Under the pieces are notes generated by a model. It worked only from the letters and a program-made list of their open reading frames with translations. It did no database searches and was not told the DNA's origin. The translations under genes were made by a program, and so were the position numbers. A stretch of 64,000 nucleotides of DNA from Bacteroidales bacterium (GTDB lineage: Bacteria; Bacteroidota; Bacteroidia; Bacteroidales; VadinHA17). Below, one piece after another: positions 1-10,130 of this stretch; the first letter of the stretch is position 1, and the number at the start of each line of letters is the position of its first letter. The DNA is taken from assembly GCA_038248855.1 (NCBI GenBank), contig JBBRXA010000008.1, positions 2,982-66,981 on the forward strand. The letters are read 5' to 3'.

Positions 1-1170
1 TGCCCCGTATCCTATGGTCATTACAGTAAGGCCAACAAGGATGAAATCGCTGAGAACCATTTTTACCGGATATGAATCGACCAGCAGTGAATCTCCCGCC
101 AGTTTCACTATGCCGAACTGCTGCTGTGCGGCACAGAGCAGGAATCCGGCTGCCAGCCCGAGGAAGGTGCCGATGAATGAGATCATCCAACCCTCATAGA
201 TGAAGATCCGGCGGATAAGCGAATTGTTGGCCCCGAGGCTTTTGAGGATGCTGATGTCACGTTCTTTCTCGATTATAAGCATTGTCAGGGAACCGATGAT
301 ATTGAACGATGCTATTATCAGGATAAATGTGAGTATAACGAAGATTGCGAGCCTTTCGGCTTTCATCACCTTGTAAAATATTTCCTGCTGTTCATAGCGG
401 TTCTGAACGAGAAACTCCTTACCCATTATCTCCCTGACGGCTTTCTGTGTCTTTTTCAGGTCAGCGCCGGGAACCAGTTTTAATTCTATAGAGCTTGTTT
501 CATTTGAATAATCAAGCAGTTCCCTGACGAAATCAAGTGGCATGAAGACGTACTTTGAGTCGAACTCCTGTTCCACTGCGAAGATGCCGGAGAGGAATAT
601 ATACTTCCGGGTAAAGGCATTGTCAGGATTAAGTGTGAGACGTGCTGTACGGTCAGGGATGTAGATCGCCAGCGGCGCCACGAAGTTGAGCCTTATCCCG
701 AGATGGTTTGCCACCCCCAGTCCTGCTACGGCAAAAGGCCGGCCGTTTTCAGAGTTGAGGATAAAGTCGCCGTCCCACATGGCGGTATCGAGGTCTGTCA
801 CATCACGGTACTGAGGTCCTACCCCCTTGACAGTAGCAATGTACTGCTGGTCCTCATACCTTAGCAGGGCATTCTCCTCAAGGGTCTCTGCCCACACCTC
901 CACGCCGCTGACTGCCGAGAGCCGGGTGAGAGTGACGCTGTCAGGCACGAAGACTTTTCCCATAACCGGACTAATACGAAGCTCAGGATCGGAAGTGTTA
1001 AAGATGCCCTTCACCATTTCTTCAAGACCGTTGAAAACGGAGAGAATTGTAATGAGGGCCAGGGTGCCGACGGTCACGCCTGCCACTGATATTGCTGAGA
1101 TCACGTTAATGGCGTTCCGCGACTTTTTTGCGAACAGGTATCTCTTTGCTATGTAAAGCGGGAGCTTCAT
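1..1170 (-). CDS. LolC/E / FtsX-like ABC transporter permease (3' end runs off the window)
   Basis: Not in the ORF track because there is no stop in the window. Manual translation from the ATG at 1170 gives MKLPLYIAKRYLFAKKSRNAINVISAISVAGVTVGTLALITILSVFNGLEE, a typical LolC/E N-terminus. C-terminal YPV motif near position 60-75. Confidence 0.88.
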   Translation of the reverse strand, partial: MKLPLYIAKRYLFAKKSRNAINVISAISVAGVTVGTLALITILSVFNGLEEMVKGIFNTSDPELRISPVMGKVFVPDSVTLTRLSAVSGVEVWAETLEENALLRYEDQQYIATVKGVGPQYRDVTDLDTAMWDGDFILNSENGRPFAVAGLGVANHLGIRLNFVAPLAIYIPDRTARLTLNPDNAFTRKYIFLSGIFAVEQEFDSKYVFMPLDFVRELLDYSNETSSIELKLVPGADLKKTQKAVREIMGKEFLVQNRYEQQEIFYKVMKAERLAIFVILTFILIIASFNIIGSLTMLIIEKERDISILKSLGANNSLIRRIFIYEGWMISFIGTFLGLAAGFLLCAAQQQFGIVKLAGDSLLVDSYPVKMVLSDFILVGLTVMTIGYGA

Positions 1171-1171
1171 C

Positions 1172-1981
1172 TTATTTTTCTGCTGTTACAAGCAGTCCTG
1201 TTCCTTCTTTGTGTTTCAATTTGAGATCAAGCAGGTTGAGCACCAGGCAAAACGGTATGACCACAAGATACCATAAAGGAAGCAGAACAAAGAAAAGTTT
1301 CGAGAACGAGAGTGCTGTCACCGGATACTTCATTGAAAGTTTCCAGGCGATGCTTCCGGGAAGACCGTATGTATATGATGCTTTCACCGTGCTGAATCCT
1401 GCATCGGTGAGTTTTGCCGTTATTTCTTCAGTCCCGTAGCCGTCGCGTACGTGTTCACCGATAAACGATTCCTCATTTTCGCCGTGAACGTCAGAGCCGC
1501 CCCTGTCGGAAGGGGTTGAGATGATCAGCCTTCCAGCCGGGTTCATCGAACGGAAAAAGTTTGAAAATACGGTGCGGTCTTCCTCTATGTGTTCCATCAC
1601 GTCGACGCACAGTACGAGGTCATATTTTTCGTTCTCCTTCCAGGTCACCAGGTCGGCTTCCACCGCTTTTACACTGTCAGCAACCCCTTCAGCGATGAAG
1701 AATGTATTGCAGTCGGCCACCTGCTCGCTTTTAATGTCTGCAGCGGTGATCTTCCATCCGGGAAATCTCTTTGTCATCCACCACGAGTACTGTCCGAAAC
1801 CCATTCCCGCATCAAGGACTGACGCATAGGGAGACATCAGGGCGCCTGTCTCTTTCAGGGCTTTTCTGACATGCCACGACCGCAGCAGAAGGATGTTGAG
1901 CAGGGAGTAGAAAATCCTTCTGAGAAAAGGGTTGTGGTTGAACAACCGTCCCAGGAGCTCTTTTATCGGATCATACTGCAT
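1172..1981 (-). CDS. Class I SAM-dependent methyltransferase
   Basis: Motif I VLDAGMGFG, plus YDLVLCVDVMEHIEED and GRLIISTP. Confidence 0.85.
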   Translation of the reverse strand: MQYDPIKELLGRLFNHNPFLRRIFYSLLNILLLRSWHVRKALKETGALMSPYASVLDAGMGFGQYSWWMTKRFPGWKITAADIKSEQVADCNTFFIAEGVADSVKAVEADLVTWKENEKYDLVLCVDVMEHIEEDRTVFSNFFRSMNPAGRLIISTPSDRGGSDVHGENEESFIGEHVRDGYGTEEITAKLTDAGFSTVKASYTYGLPGSIAWKLSMKYPVTALSFSKLFFVLLPLWYLVVIPFCLVLNLLDLKLKHKEGTGLLVTAEK

Positions 1982-1986
1982 GGGCT

Positions 1987-2325
1987 TTATTCCTTGAGAA
2001 GGGAACTTATTTTATCGATATAATCGTTGCTGTCATCAAGGAAAAAGGCAATTTCGGGGACTATGCGCAGCTGGTTGCGCACTTTCTGGCCAAGTTCAAA
2101 CCTGAGTTTTGGAACATGGCTCCGGATATTTTCCAGGGTCTCTTCAGATTTCTCCGAGGGGAAGATGCTTATATATGTTTTTGCGAGTGCCAGGTCAGGG
2201 CTGACGCGTACCGTGGTCACGGATACCATTCTGCCCGGGGCGAGTTCACCGGTATGATGCAGCAATATCTCTGCGAGTTCTTTTTGAATGAGCCTCGCAA
2301 CCTTTTTTTGCCTTGTGGATTCCAT
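1987..2325 (-). CDS. rbfA: 30S ribosome-binding factor A
   Basis: RQKKVARLIQKELAEI, VRVSPDLALAKTYIS and LRIVPEIAFFLDDS signature. Confidence 0.96.
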   Translation of the reverse strand: MESTRQKKVARLIQKELAEILLHHTGELAPGRMVSVTTVRVSPDLALAKTYISIFPSEKSEETLENIRSHVPKLRFELGQKVRNQLRIVPEIAFFLDDSNDYIDKISSLLKE

Positions 2326-2343
2326 TATATGAGATTTTCACCG

Positions 2344-2351
2344 CAAAAATA
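2344..2351 (-). promoter_or_regulatory. Bacteroidota -7 promoter box for the rbfA operon
   Basis: TATTTTTG on the minus strand matches TAnnTTTG, just upstream of the rbfA start. Confidence 0.6.
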
Positions 2352-2385
2352 CAAAAAATAGTTCAGCCTGTGGGAGCGGCGGACT

Positions 2386-2467
2386 TTGGTTGGGGGGTAC
2401 TGAGACAGGAAGCCGCAGAATTGATTGACGGGCGTTGGTAGTGCGGTACTGAGGCAGGGAGCGGCGG
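2386..2467. repeat. Imperfect 33-bp direct repeat, period 49 bp, in the rbfA/trpS divergent intergenic region
   Basis: ttggt-N5-ggtactgagacaggaagccgcag (2386-2418) versus ttggt-N5-ggtactgaggcagggagcggcgg (2435-2467). Confidence 0.55.
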
Positions 2468-2516
2468 GTGGATGCAGGTTACAGCAACCGCCGGCTCAAT
2501 ATTCGATATTTATCCC

Positions 2517-2524
2517 TATTTTTG
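2517..2524 (+). promoter_or_regulatory. -7 promoter box for trpS
   Basis: TATTTTTG, 21 nt before the ATG at 2546. Confidence 0.6.
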
Positions 2525-2545
2525 TGGCTTACATTTCAATCAAAG

Positions 2546-3535
2546 ATGGACACAGTAGTAAGCGGCATAAGGTCAACGGGAAACCTGCATCTGGGCAACT
2601 ATTTCGGGGCTCTGAAGAACTTCCTCAGGATGCAGGATGAGAGTCACTGTTATTTCTTCGTGGCGGACTATCATTCGCTTACGACGCATCCTCATCCTGA
2701 TGACCTGCACGGCAATATCAGACAGGTTCTTGCCGAGTACCTCGCCTGCGGCATTGATCCGGAGAAGGCTACCGTCTATGTACAGAGTGATGTCCCCGAA
2801 GTGACCGAGCTGTATCTCCTGCTGAACATGAATGCATACGTGGGTGAGCTGGAGCGCACTGCCTCATTCAAGGAGATGGTGCGCAAGCAGCCTGACAACA
2901 TTAATGCCGGTCTTCTTACATATCCGGTACTGATGGCTGCTGACATCATCATACACAGGGCCCATAAGGTGCCCGTGGGGAAGGACCAGGAGCAGCATCT
3001 CGAGATGACGCGCCGCTTTGCCCGCCGCTTTAACACTATGTACGGAGTGGAGTATTTTCCGGAGCCGGATGCCTATAATTTCGGGAAACAGTTGTTGAAG
3101 ATACCGGGACTTGACGGCAGCGGAAAAATGGGAAAGAGCGAAGGCAACGGAATTTTCCTTGCTGACACTCCTGCAGACATACGCAAGAAGGTAATGAAGG
3201 CTGTGACTGATACCGGTCCGGAAAAACCGGGCACGGCACCATCGGAGCCAGTGCAGAATCTCTTCACCATAATGGAAGTGGTATCTGATCCGTCAACTGT
3301 ACAGTATTTTCTTGAGAAGCACTCAACGTGCGAGATTCGCTATGGCGACCTGAAGAAACAGCTGGCGGAAGATATAATTAAATTCACTGATCCGATCAGA
3401 ACACGCATCAACGAGATACTGAGCGACCCCGCTTACATGGGCAAGGTTGTATCTCAGGGGGCTGAGAAAGCGCGTGCCAGCGCATCAAAGACCGTGAGGG
3501 AGGTCAGGGAGATAATAGGTTACAGACCTTTTTGA
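2546..3535 (+). CDS. trpS: Tryptophan--tRNA ligase
   Basis: SGIRSTGNLHLGNY (HIGH-like), VPVGKDQEQHLE and KMGKS. Start moved to the ATG at 2546, downstream of the promoter box. Confidence 0.96.
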   Translation: MDTVVSGIRSTGNLHLGNYFGALKNFLRMQDESHCYFFVADYHSLTTHPHPDDLHGNIRQVLAEYLACGIDPEKATVYVQSDVPEVTELYLLLNMNAYVGELERTASFKEMVRKQPDNINAGLLTYPVLMAADIIIHRAHKVPVGKDQEQHLEMTRRFARRFNTMYGVEYFPEPDAYNFGKQLLKIPGLDGSGKMGKSEGNGIFLADTPADIRKKVMKAVTDTGPEKPGTAPSEPVQNLFTIMEVVSDPSTVQYFLEKHSTCEIRYGDLKKQLAEDIIKFTDPIRTRINEILSDPAYMGKVVSQGAEKARASASKTVREVREIIGYRPF

Positions 3536-3546
3536 GACCCTGAAAA

Positions 3547-4731
3547 TCAGGCGTTCACAAGAGGGGCTCTTTCAAACGGAGCTTCCCTGTCAAAGTTATA
3601 CCGATAGGTTATATGGGTCTTGGTTATCTTTGCCCCGATCTGGTCGAGCAGGTGCATCATTGCCGGGTTGAAATCGCCTATCCAGTTCATTTCCAGATCT
3701 TTGTAAGGGAATGATTTAGTAAAGGCAAGTTTGGCAAAAGACATTATAAGTGCGCCTTCGACGCCCTTTTTCTGGTGTTCGGGGACGATGCCGAAGATCT
3801 GGCCAAACGCCTTGGTAAGTTCACCGGAAACGTATCTGTACCACAGGAATTTAATCTTGCCGACAGTGTTCATTTTACCGTTCAGGTGCCTGATGATCTG
3901 GTTGACTTCGGGAAGCATGAGGAAGAAGCATACCGGTTCTCCCTTATAAAAGCCGAACCAGAGTAGTTTTTCATCGAGTATAGGTTTAAGGCTTTTCAGC
4001 AGGATCCTCGCGTGACCTTCGCTTATTGTTTTGACACCCGGAAAACGGGCCCATCCCTTGTTAAAGACTATCATGAAGTTGCGGCCTATCTCCTTCATTT
4101 CGCTTCTTTTCATATACCTGAAAGAATAGTCAGGGTTGGCGAAGATCCTTTCAGCCTTGATCTTTATCACCTCGTCCATATTGGCGTCAGTGATGGGAGA
4201 GTGATAGGTGTATTGCTCGAAATAGTTTTTGAACCCCCAATCCTCGAACAGAGCCCTGTAATAGGGAGGGTTATAGGGCATTCCGTAATTGGGAGGAAGG
4301 AAACCGTCGACCAGCAGGCCCCACCATCTGTCGCGGTCGCCGAAGTTCACCGGCCCCTCCATGACCTTCATGTCACGGACTGACAGCCACTGGCGGCAGG
4401 CATCGAAAAGCACTGCGGCAGCTTCCCGGTCGTTAATGCATTCGAAGAACCCCATGCTTCCCACAGGCTCTTTGCCGGCGCTGGCTATCTTTTTGCTGTA
4501 GAAGGCAGCCACGCGGCCAACGGTTTTGCCGCCTGTATCTTTCAGAAGCCATCGTATCGCTTCGCCGGTCCGGAACAGTGTGTTTGACGAGGGGGTGAAA
4601 ACAGACTCCACATCTCTGAAAAGAGGTTTTATCCAGTTCGGGTCTCCCTCATTTAGCTTTGAGGGGAGATCATGAAATTCCCGAATCTCTTTTTTAGTTC
4701 TGACCTCTATAAGTTGAAAACTGCCAGCCAT
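3547..4731 (-). CDS. Tandem GNAT-fold protein (YghO-like), function unknown
   Basis: VGRVAAF, MGFFECINDREAA..LFD and MPYNPPYY, plus the C-terminal acyl-CoA motif FGIVPEHQKKGV. Confidence 0.7.
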   Translation of the reverse strand: MAGSFQLIEVRTKKEIREFHDLPSKLNEGDPNWIKPLFRDVESVFTPSSNTLFRTGEAIRWLLKDTGGKTVGRVAAFYSKKIASAGKEPVGSMGFFECINDREAAAVLFDACRQWLSVRDMKVMEGPVNFGDRDRWWGLLVDGFLPPNYGMPYNPPYYRALFEDWGFKNYFEQYTYHSPITDANMDEVIKIKAERIFANPDYSFRYMKRSEMKEIGRNFMIVFNKGWARFPGVKTISEGHARILLKSLKPILDEKLLWFGFYKGEPVCFFLMLPEVNQIIRHLNGKMNTVGKIKFLWYRYVSGELTKAFGQIFGIVPEHQKKGVEGALIMSFAKLAFTKSFPYKDLEMNWIGDFNPAMMHLLDQIGAKITKTHITYRYNFDREAPFERAPLVNA

Positions 4732-4807
4732 TGTATCCGAATTTATCCGATAATGGCTGAAATTTAACTAATCCTTCCGGAAATAAAAAACATGAAAGCG
4801 AAAAGGG

Positions 4808-7213
4808 TCAGATCATTATCCTTACCGAGACGATAAAATTCCTCCCCGGTGACACAATCCCCGAAGAATATGGCCTGTACCGGACATCCAGCATATTTTC
4901 CAGGCCTGCGGAGAATTCGGCCCTGTTTGAAAGGTTGTAGCTGGCTTTGAGGTTAAGCGTGAACCATCCGGGAGACCAGGGGTTTCCGTTTTCGTCGGAG
5001 GCATACATGTAAGGTTTTTCAGTCTCGGCGGGGGCCATCTTATCATAGGGCTTGCTTCCGTTATACAGGGCATACAGGTCCATTTTGAAGGCGGATTTTT
5101 CAAAAATTATATGGGTCGATCCGAATACAGGGGGGACATGCCGCAACGGGTTTTTCGCATCATCATGACCGCCGGTAAGTGTAAGTGCCGTTTTGACACG
5201 CAACAGTGACAGGGGTTTCAATTCCGCCTTGATCTGAACGCCGTAAACGACAGCATAACCTGCATTTACCATCGCAAATACGGCGCTCTCCTCTTCCTGG
5301 TACATTATAGTGCTTTCCCCGTTAAAGAGGAATTCTCTGCGAACCATAGCATTGTCAAGGAATGAAAAGAAGCCTGCAACCTCGGTATGGAGCATTTGTC
5401 CGAAGTCATTTGCAACTCCCAGGTCGACATTATAAACATATTCCGGACGCAGTGAGGGATTTGGCACTACGACAACTCCGGGAGCAGATTCGAACACCTT
5501 GCCCAGGTCATCGAGATTCGGAGCCCTGAAGCCGGTTGATAAATTCAGAGAAACTTCGCTCTTGTCATCGGGCCTGTAAACCATGCCGAGAGCGCCGGTG
5601 ACCGCACTGTTGGCTGAACTGATTGTTGTGAAGGGAAAACTGTAGAATGAATTGTCAGCAATTTCCGAATTGAGTGACACGAAGTTGTATCTCAGGCCGG
5701 TATTGAGAGTCACCCTCTCCGAGAGGTTATTCTTATACCCGCTGTAGACTGAGAAACTGTTATAGATATTGTCTCCGTTCGGGTAACGTGATCCGGCGGG
5801 GGTGATGGTTCCGGTTGTCACATTCCTGATATCGGCGGTACTCTTTATGTTATTACTGACATATTCAGCGCCGTAATATACAAGACTCCGGCCTTCGTCA
5901 AGGGTTTTGTCAAGGTCAAGGTTTGCAGACCAGATGGCCACGTCCTCGGTCTGTTCGTTAAGACTGCTGTCAAAAATCTTCCTGTCATGCCGGCTCTCGC
6001 GGTAATCCTGACGGGCAACGGTCAGCTTCACTTCGTCATAGACAGATGATTTGCGGGTGTAGTCCAGCACAGCATTGTTCATCATCCAAACCTGCGGTCC
6101 GTAGTACCAGTCGCCGTACCTCAGTATGCCATTTTTCTTCTGGATCAGCCTGTCATATCTCGGGACATCGGAAAGGCGCGAGAAATGATTTGCAATATTT
6201 ATATCGAGATGCTCACCTGCCTTGAAGCGGAGTTTATTCATCGTGTTAAGCTGAGAGAATCCGGTTGAGATCTGGACCCTCGGGTCGGGATTCATTAAGA
6301 TTTCATCACCTCCGGCAGTCGTGGTCTGAAATTCAGGCCGCAAATAATCAGGATGCTTCCATGAACCCATCCTGAGGTCGTCATAGTCAGTCCACGTTAC
6401 TGATGACAGGAAAGCTATTTTTTTTCCTCCTGCATTAAAGTCGAGGTGATATGTCTGTTCATCCGATGCGGAAGAGTACCGGGCCATCACTTCCGCCTTG
6501 AAATATGCCTTGTCACCTGCTGTATAGAGAGCCCTCTTTGTATGAAAATCCATCACCCCGCCGATGGCGTCACTTCCGTACATAGTTGCCCCGGGACCGA
6601 AGATAACTTCAGTGCGGTCAATCACATTCGGATCGAGGGAAATAATATTCTGGATGTTTCCTTCGCGGTAAATGGCATTGTTCATCCTTACCCCGTCGAT
6701 TACTATCAATACCCTGTTTGTGGCAAAACCTCTTATCATCGGACTTCCGCCGCCCAGCTGACTCTTCTGGACATAGACATCCCCGCTCAGGGATACCAGG
6801 TCTGCCATAGTCTGGGGATTCTGAATTCTCACTGACGGCAGCGCAATGACGCTGATGTGGTTAGGAACCTCGTCTGATTTCTGCTCCCAGCGGTTTGCCG
6901 AGACTATGAACTCCTCAACCTCGAAAGTCTTGGGGTAAAGCTTAACTATCCACCCTGCCTCACCCAGCTGAGCGATTGTAAATGAGACTCTTTCATAAGA
7001 GAAATGCTGAAAATATATAGGCTGGTTGCCGGTAAAAACCGACATACTGGCTTTGCCTGAGGGATTGGAATAACAGAACTGTGTCCTTGCCTCGCTGTAG
7101 ATGGCCACATCGGATACAGGCTTGCCGTCTTCACCGTCAACTACTGTGACTGTTTGAGCCAATGATACCTGAAAAGATATCAGCAATGCAGACAATATGA
7201 GAAAAGGCTTCAT
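4808..7213 (-). CDS. TonB-dependent outer-membrane receptor (heme/iron-receptor-like)
   Basis: Signal peptide; plug motifs GSPMIRGF, VIDGVRMN and TEVIFGPGATMYGSDAIGGV; GFRAPNLDD; C-terminal GLENMLD..PGRNF. Confidence 0.92.
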   Translation of the reverse strand: MKPFLILSALLISFQVSLAQTVTVVDGEDGKPVSDVAIYSEARTQFCYSNPSGKASMSVFTGNQPIYFQHFSYERVSFTIAQLGEAGWIVKLYPKTFEVEEFIVSANRWEQKSDEVPNHISVIALPSVRIQNPQTMADLVSLSGDVYVQKSQLGGGSPMIRGFATNRVLIVIDGVRMNNAIYREGNIQNIISLDPNVIDRTEVIFGPGATMYGSDAIGGVMDFHTKRALYTAGDKAYFKAEVMARYSSASDEQTYHLDFNAGGKKIAFLSSVTWTDYDDLRMGSWKHPDYLRPEFQTTTAGGDEILMNPDPRVQISTGFSQLNTMNKLRFKAGEHLDINIANHFSRLSDVPRYDRLIQKKNGILRYGDWYYGPQVWMMNNAVLDYTRKSSVYDEVKLTVARQDYRESRHDRKIFDSSLNEQTEDVAIWSANLDLDKTLDEGRSLVYYGAEYVSNNIKSTADIRNVTTGTITPAGSRYPNGDNIYNSFSVYSGYKNNLSERVTLNTGLRYNFVSLNSEIADNSFYSFPFTTISSANSAVTGALGMVYRPDDKSEVSLNLSTGFRAPNLDDLGKVFESAPGVVVVPNPSLRPEYVYNVDLGVANDFGQMLHTEVAGFFSFLDNAMVRREFLFNGESTIMYQEEESAVFAMVNAGYAVVYGVQIKAELKPLSLLRVKTALTLTGGHDDAKNPLRHVPPVFGSTHIIFEKSAFKMDLYALYNGSKPYDKMAPAETEKPYMYASDENGNPWSPGWFTLNLKASYNLSNRAEFSAGLENMLDVRYRPYSSGIVSPGRNFIVSVRIMI

Positions 7214-7375
7214 TATTAATTATTTTTAAGCGAACAATACGGCACAAAAAGTATTCCAACCTTGTCCTGTGCGACTATGTTTCTCAGCATAGCCTTTAAA
7301 TAATGATCATTGTACTGTTTGTAAAGACTAAAGTAATATTTTATATTTTTGAAATTCAATCTGAAACGTAAATAG

Positions 7376-10123
7376 GTGCTGAAAAGAGCCGGTATAATAG
7401 CAGTCATAATTTTCGCGACAGTTCTGGCGGTGGCGGGATATCTTATTCAAAAGAATAAGAAGGTTGTCGTTATCGATCCATGGCTGGCGGTGCCTTCCGA
7501 TGCTGTTTTCATAGTTGAGACTCATGATTTTCCGGAGTTGCTTACCAAGGTAACAGACCGCAACGGGATCATCACGAGGCTTGCAGGGATGAAGTGGGCA
7601 GCGGGCCTTTCGGAGGCCGCGGCGACAGTTGACAGTATTACCGGCAGCCGTGATTTACGTGAAATGATGAATGACCGTAAGGTCATACTCTCGTTTCATG
7701 CCGGGAGTCAGGGGAACATCACACCGATGGCGGTAATGAATTCAGGACCGTCATTTAATTTCAGGGACCTTGCACATATGGTCAGCAAATCAGGCGCTAC
7801 TGCTTCGCAGCCGAAAGAACTTGCAGGAGCCAGGGTCCTTTCGGCCACCTACGGTAAGGGTAAAAACCAGAAGGTGCTTTATATAGCTCTTTCCTCGGGA
7901 ATCATTATTCTTTCACCCTCGGAAACACTTGTTGCCAACGCTTTAAATAACAAGAGCACAGGTTCGGATATAAGACATCAGCAGGGATTCACGCCGGTTG
8001 TCAATGCATCAGGGAAAGAGACAGAGAGCCTTTATATCCTCTTCAGAAATCTTCCGCGGCTGGTCCAGCCATTCGTTAATCCTGCATTCATCACGCCGCT
8101 GTCGGCAGCAGGAATTGCAGCGGGCGGTGATGTGACTTCCAGGGAGGACGGGTTATTCATCAGTGGATTTATGTCGACAGCCGGAGCCGGACTGGGAGCT
8201 GACAGACTTAACGGTATCACTCCTGCTGAATCAGGTGTGCACGAGGTGCTGCCCGAGGGAACACTGAGTTACAGAACCGTAATGAAAAGGCCCTCGATGA
8301 CCGGTCAGGCTGCTGCAGACCCTGCAGGCATCAATGCAACTGACCTCGCACTGGCTGTCAGCCCTTTCACGGGTGCAGAGGTGACAACGGCTGTCATTCC
8401 TGAAGGCAACAGCCGGGTAAAGGTTGTCCTTTTCAGAATGGATGACCGGCAGGCTGCTGAGGCGATACTGAAAGAGAAGCTTACAGCCAAATACAGGTCG
8501 ATGGGACTCAGGGAGAGCCAGTTTATTGCGGCACTCAGGGAAAAAGAAGAAGAACAGGTTGTCATTTATAAAATGCCTTTCGCAGGAGTCGCTGCAATGC
8601 TTTCCGGTGAACCGGCGGGTATGGTTGAGGACAACTGGGTTCTGTTCTGCCGTTCCTATATGATCTTTGCTGCCAATCCTGAGGTTCTGGTGGAGATACA
8701 GAACAGGTCAGACGAGGACAACACCCTCATTAATGACCTTGAGTTCAGGGAGATGGAAAAGACTCTGCCGACAAAAAGTTCTTTTCTTTTATACATTTCC
8801 GGAGGCGCCATAAAAGCGGCACTGGACCAGTACCTTACCCCGGCAGCTGCCTCAGCCCTTGCTGATAATACCTTCTCCGGCATCCAGGCGCTGGGTCTGA
8901 GCCTTAGCCCGAGCAATGACATGATATACACTAGCCTTTCGTGCAGATACCGCGATCCCTCACCTGCCCGGTCTGAAATGACAACCCCGGCGACCCTGCA
9001 GGCCGGACAGGAAGATGCTCTTTCACAGGACATTTTTCCGGAGATGAAATGGAAGGTCAAACTGGAGGCAAACCTGGGTGCAAAGCCTTTCTTTTTCAGA
9101 AACCATAATACCGGCGCCACAGAGATATTTGTGCAGGATCAGCAAAACAATATCTACCTGCTAAGTTCCGGAGGCAGGATACTGTGGAAGGCGCTGATAA
9201 GAGAGAGGATCATGGGCGAAGTATTCATGATCGATTATTATAAGAACGGCAAAAACCAGCTGCTTTTTGCAGGCAGGGATTACCTGCATCTGATTGACAG
9301 GAACGGCAATTATGTCGACCGCTTCCCGGTAAAGCTGAGATCCGCGGCATCAAATACACTTGCTCTCTATGATTATGACGGCAACAGGGATTACCGGCTA
9401 CTGATAGCCGGAGCAGACAGGAAAATCTATCTGTATGACAGGTCTGGCGCCCAGGTCAGAGGGTGGAACATGTTTGTAACAAAAGGAACAGTAAGGGACC
9501 AGATAGCGTTTTACAGTGTCAGGGGGAAAGACTACCTCGTGGTCGCTGATGAGCAGTCGCTCTATTTTCTTGACCGGACAGGCAACACAAGGGTAAATCT
9601 TAAAGAACCTGTTACCAGGGCGGCCGGCTCTGCCCTTAGGCTGACACCGGGATCGGAGCCTTCAGTTGTTTTCACTTCTCCGGATGGGGCAGTCAGAAAT
9701 ATTTCGTTTGACGGAACAGTTGCAGGGAAACAGGCAGGAACGTTCACACAGGCTCACCGGTCTGATTTCGCTGATCTTGACGGCGACGGGGTACATGAGT
9801 TCCTGGTCATAGATCAGGGCATCCTGACTGTTTATAAAAATGACAGTACGGAACTTTTCACAAAGAGTTTTGAAACCAAAGATATCAGGGGACCGTACCT
9901 GTACAATTTTTCTGCCTCTGACAGACGTACCGGCGTTTACGAATCAGGAAAGCAGCTGATTTATATTTTCAACAGGACCGGAGATCCCGCACCCGGATTC
10001 CCCATAAAGGGAGGCGAGTTCTTTGCAGCAGGCAAATTATCATCATCAGGGGGATGGAGCCTGATTGCTGACGGCACTGACGGATACCTTTACAACTGGG
10101 GACTTGACACCGGCTTAAAATAG
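7376..10123 (+). CDS. Large N-terminally membrane-anchored protein (DUF3352-like) with C-terminal beta-propeller/FG-GAP-like repeats
   Basis: 915-aa ORF with GTG start and N-terminal TM helix; repeats IDYYKNGKNQLLF, YDYDGNRDYRLL and ADLDGDGVHEFL. Confidence 0.75.
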   Translation: MLKRAGIIAVIIFATVLAVAGYLIQKNKKVVVIDPWLAVPSDAVFIVETHDFPELLTKVTDRNGIITRLAGMKWAAGLSEAAATVDSITGSRDLREMMNDRKVILSFHAGSQGNITPMAVMNSGPSFNFRDLAHMVSKSGATASQPKELAGARVLSATYGKGKNQKVLYIALSSGIIILSPSETLVANALNNKSTGSDIRHQQGFTPVVNASGKETESLYILFRNLPRLVQPFVNPAFITPLSAAGIAAGGDVTSREDGLFISGFMSTAGAGLGADRLNGITPAESGVHEVLPEGTLSYRTVMKRPSMTGQAAADPAGINATDLALAVSPFTGAEVTTAVIPEGNSRVKVVLFRMDDRQAAEAILKEKLTAKYRSMGLRESQFIAALREKEEEQVVIYKMPFAGVAAMLSGEPAGMVEDNWVLFCRSYMIFAANPEVLVEIQNRSDEDNTLINDLEFREMEKTLPTKSSFLLYISGGAIKAALDQYLTPAAASALADNTFSGIQALGLSLSPSNDMIYTSLSCRYRDPSPARSEMTTPATLQAGQEDALSQDIFPEMKWKVKLEANLGAKPFFFRNHNTGATEIFVQDQQNNIYLLSSGGRILWKALIRERIMGEVFMIDYYKNGKNQLLFAGRDYLHLIDRNGNYVDRFPVKLRSAASNTLALYDYDGNRDYRLLIAGADRKIYLYDRSGAQVRGWNMFVTKGTVRDQIAFYSVRGKDYLVVADEQSLYFLDRTGNTRVNLKEPVTRAAGSALRLTPGSEPSVVFTSPDGAVRNISFDGTVAGKQAGTFTQAHRSDFADLDGDGVHEFLVIDQGILTVYKNDSTELFTKSFETKDIRGPYLYNFSASDRRTGVYESGKQLIYIFNRTGDPAPGFPIKGGEFFAAGKLSSSGGWSLIADGTDGYLYNWGLDTGLK

Positions 10124-10130
10124 ATATGAT

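Noticed and set aside
2325-2546. T-box or attenuator upstream of trpS
   Set aside because: No T-box consensus or Trp-rich leader peptide, and the predicted promoter is only about 20 nt from the start.
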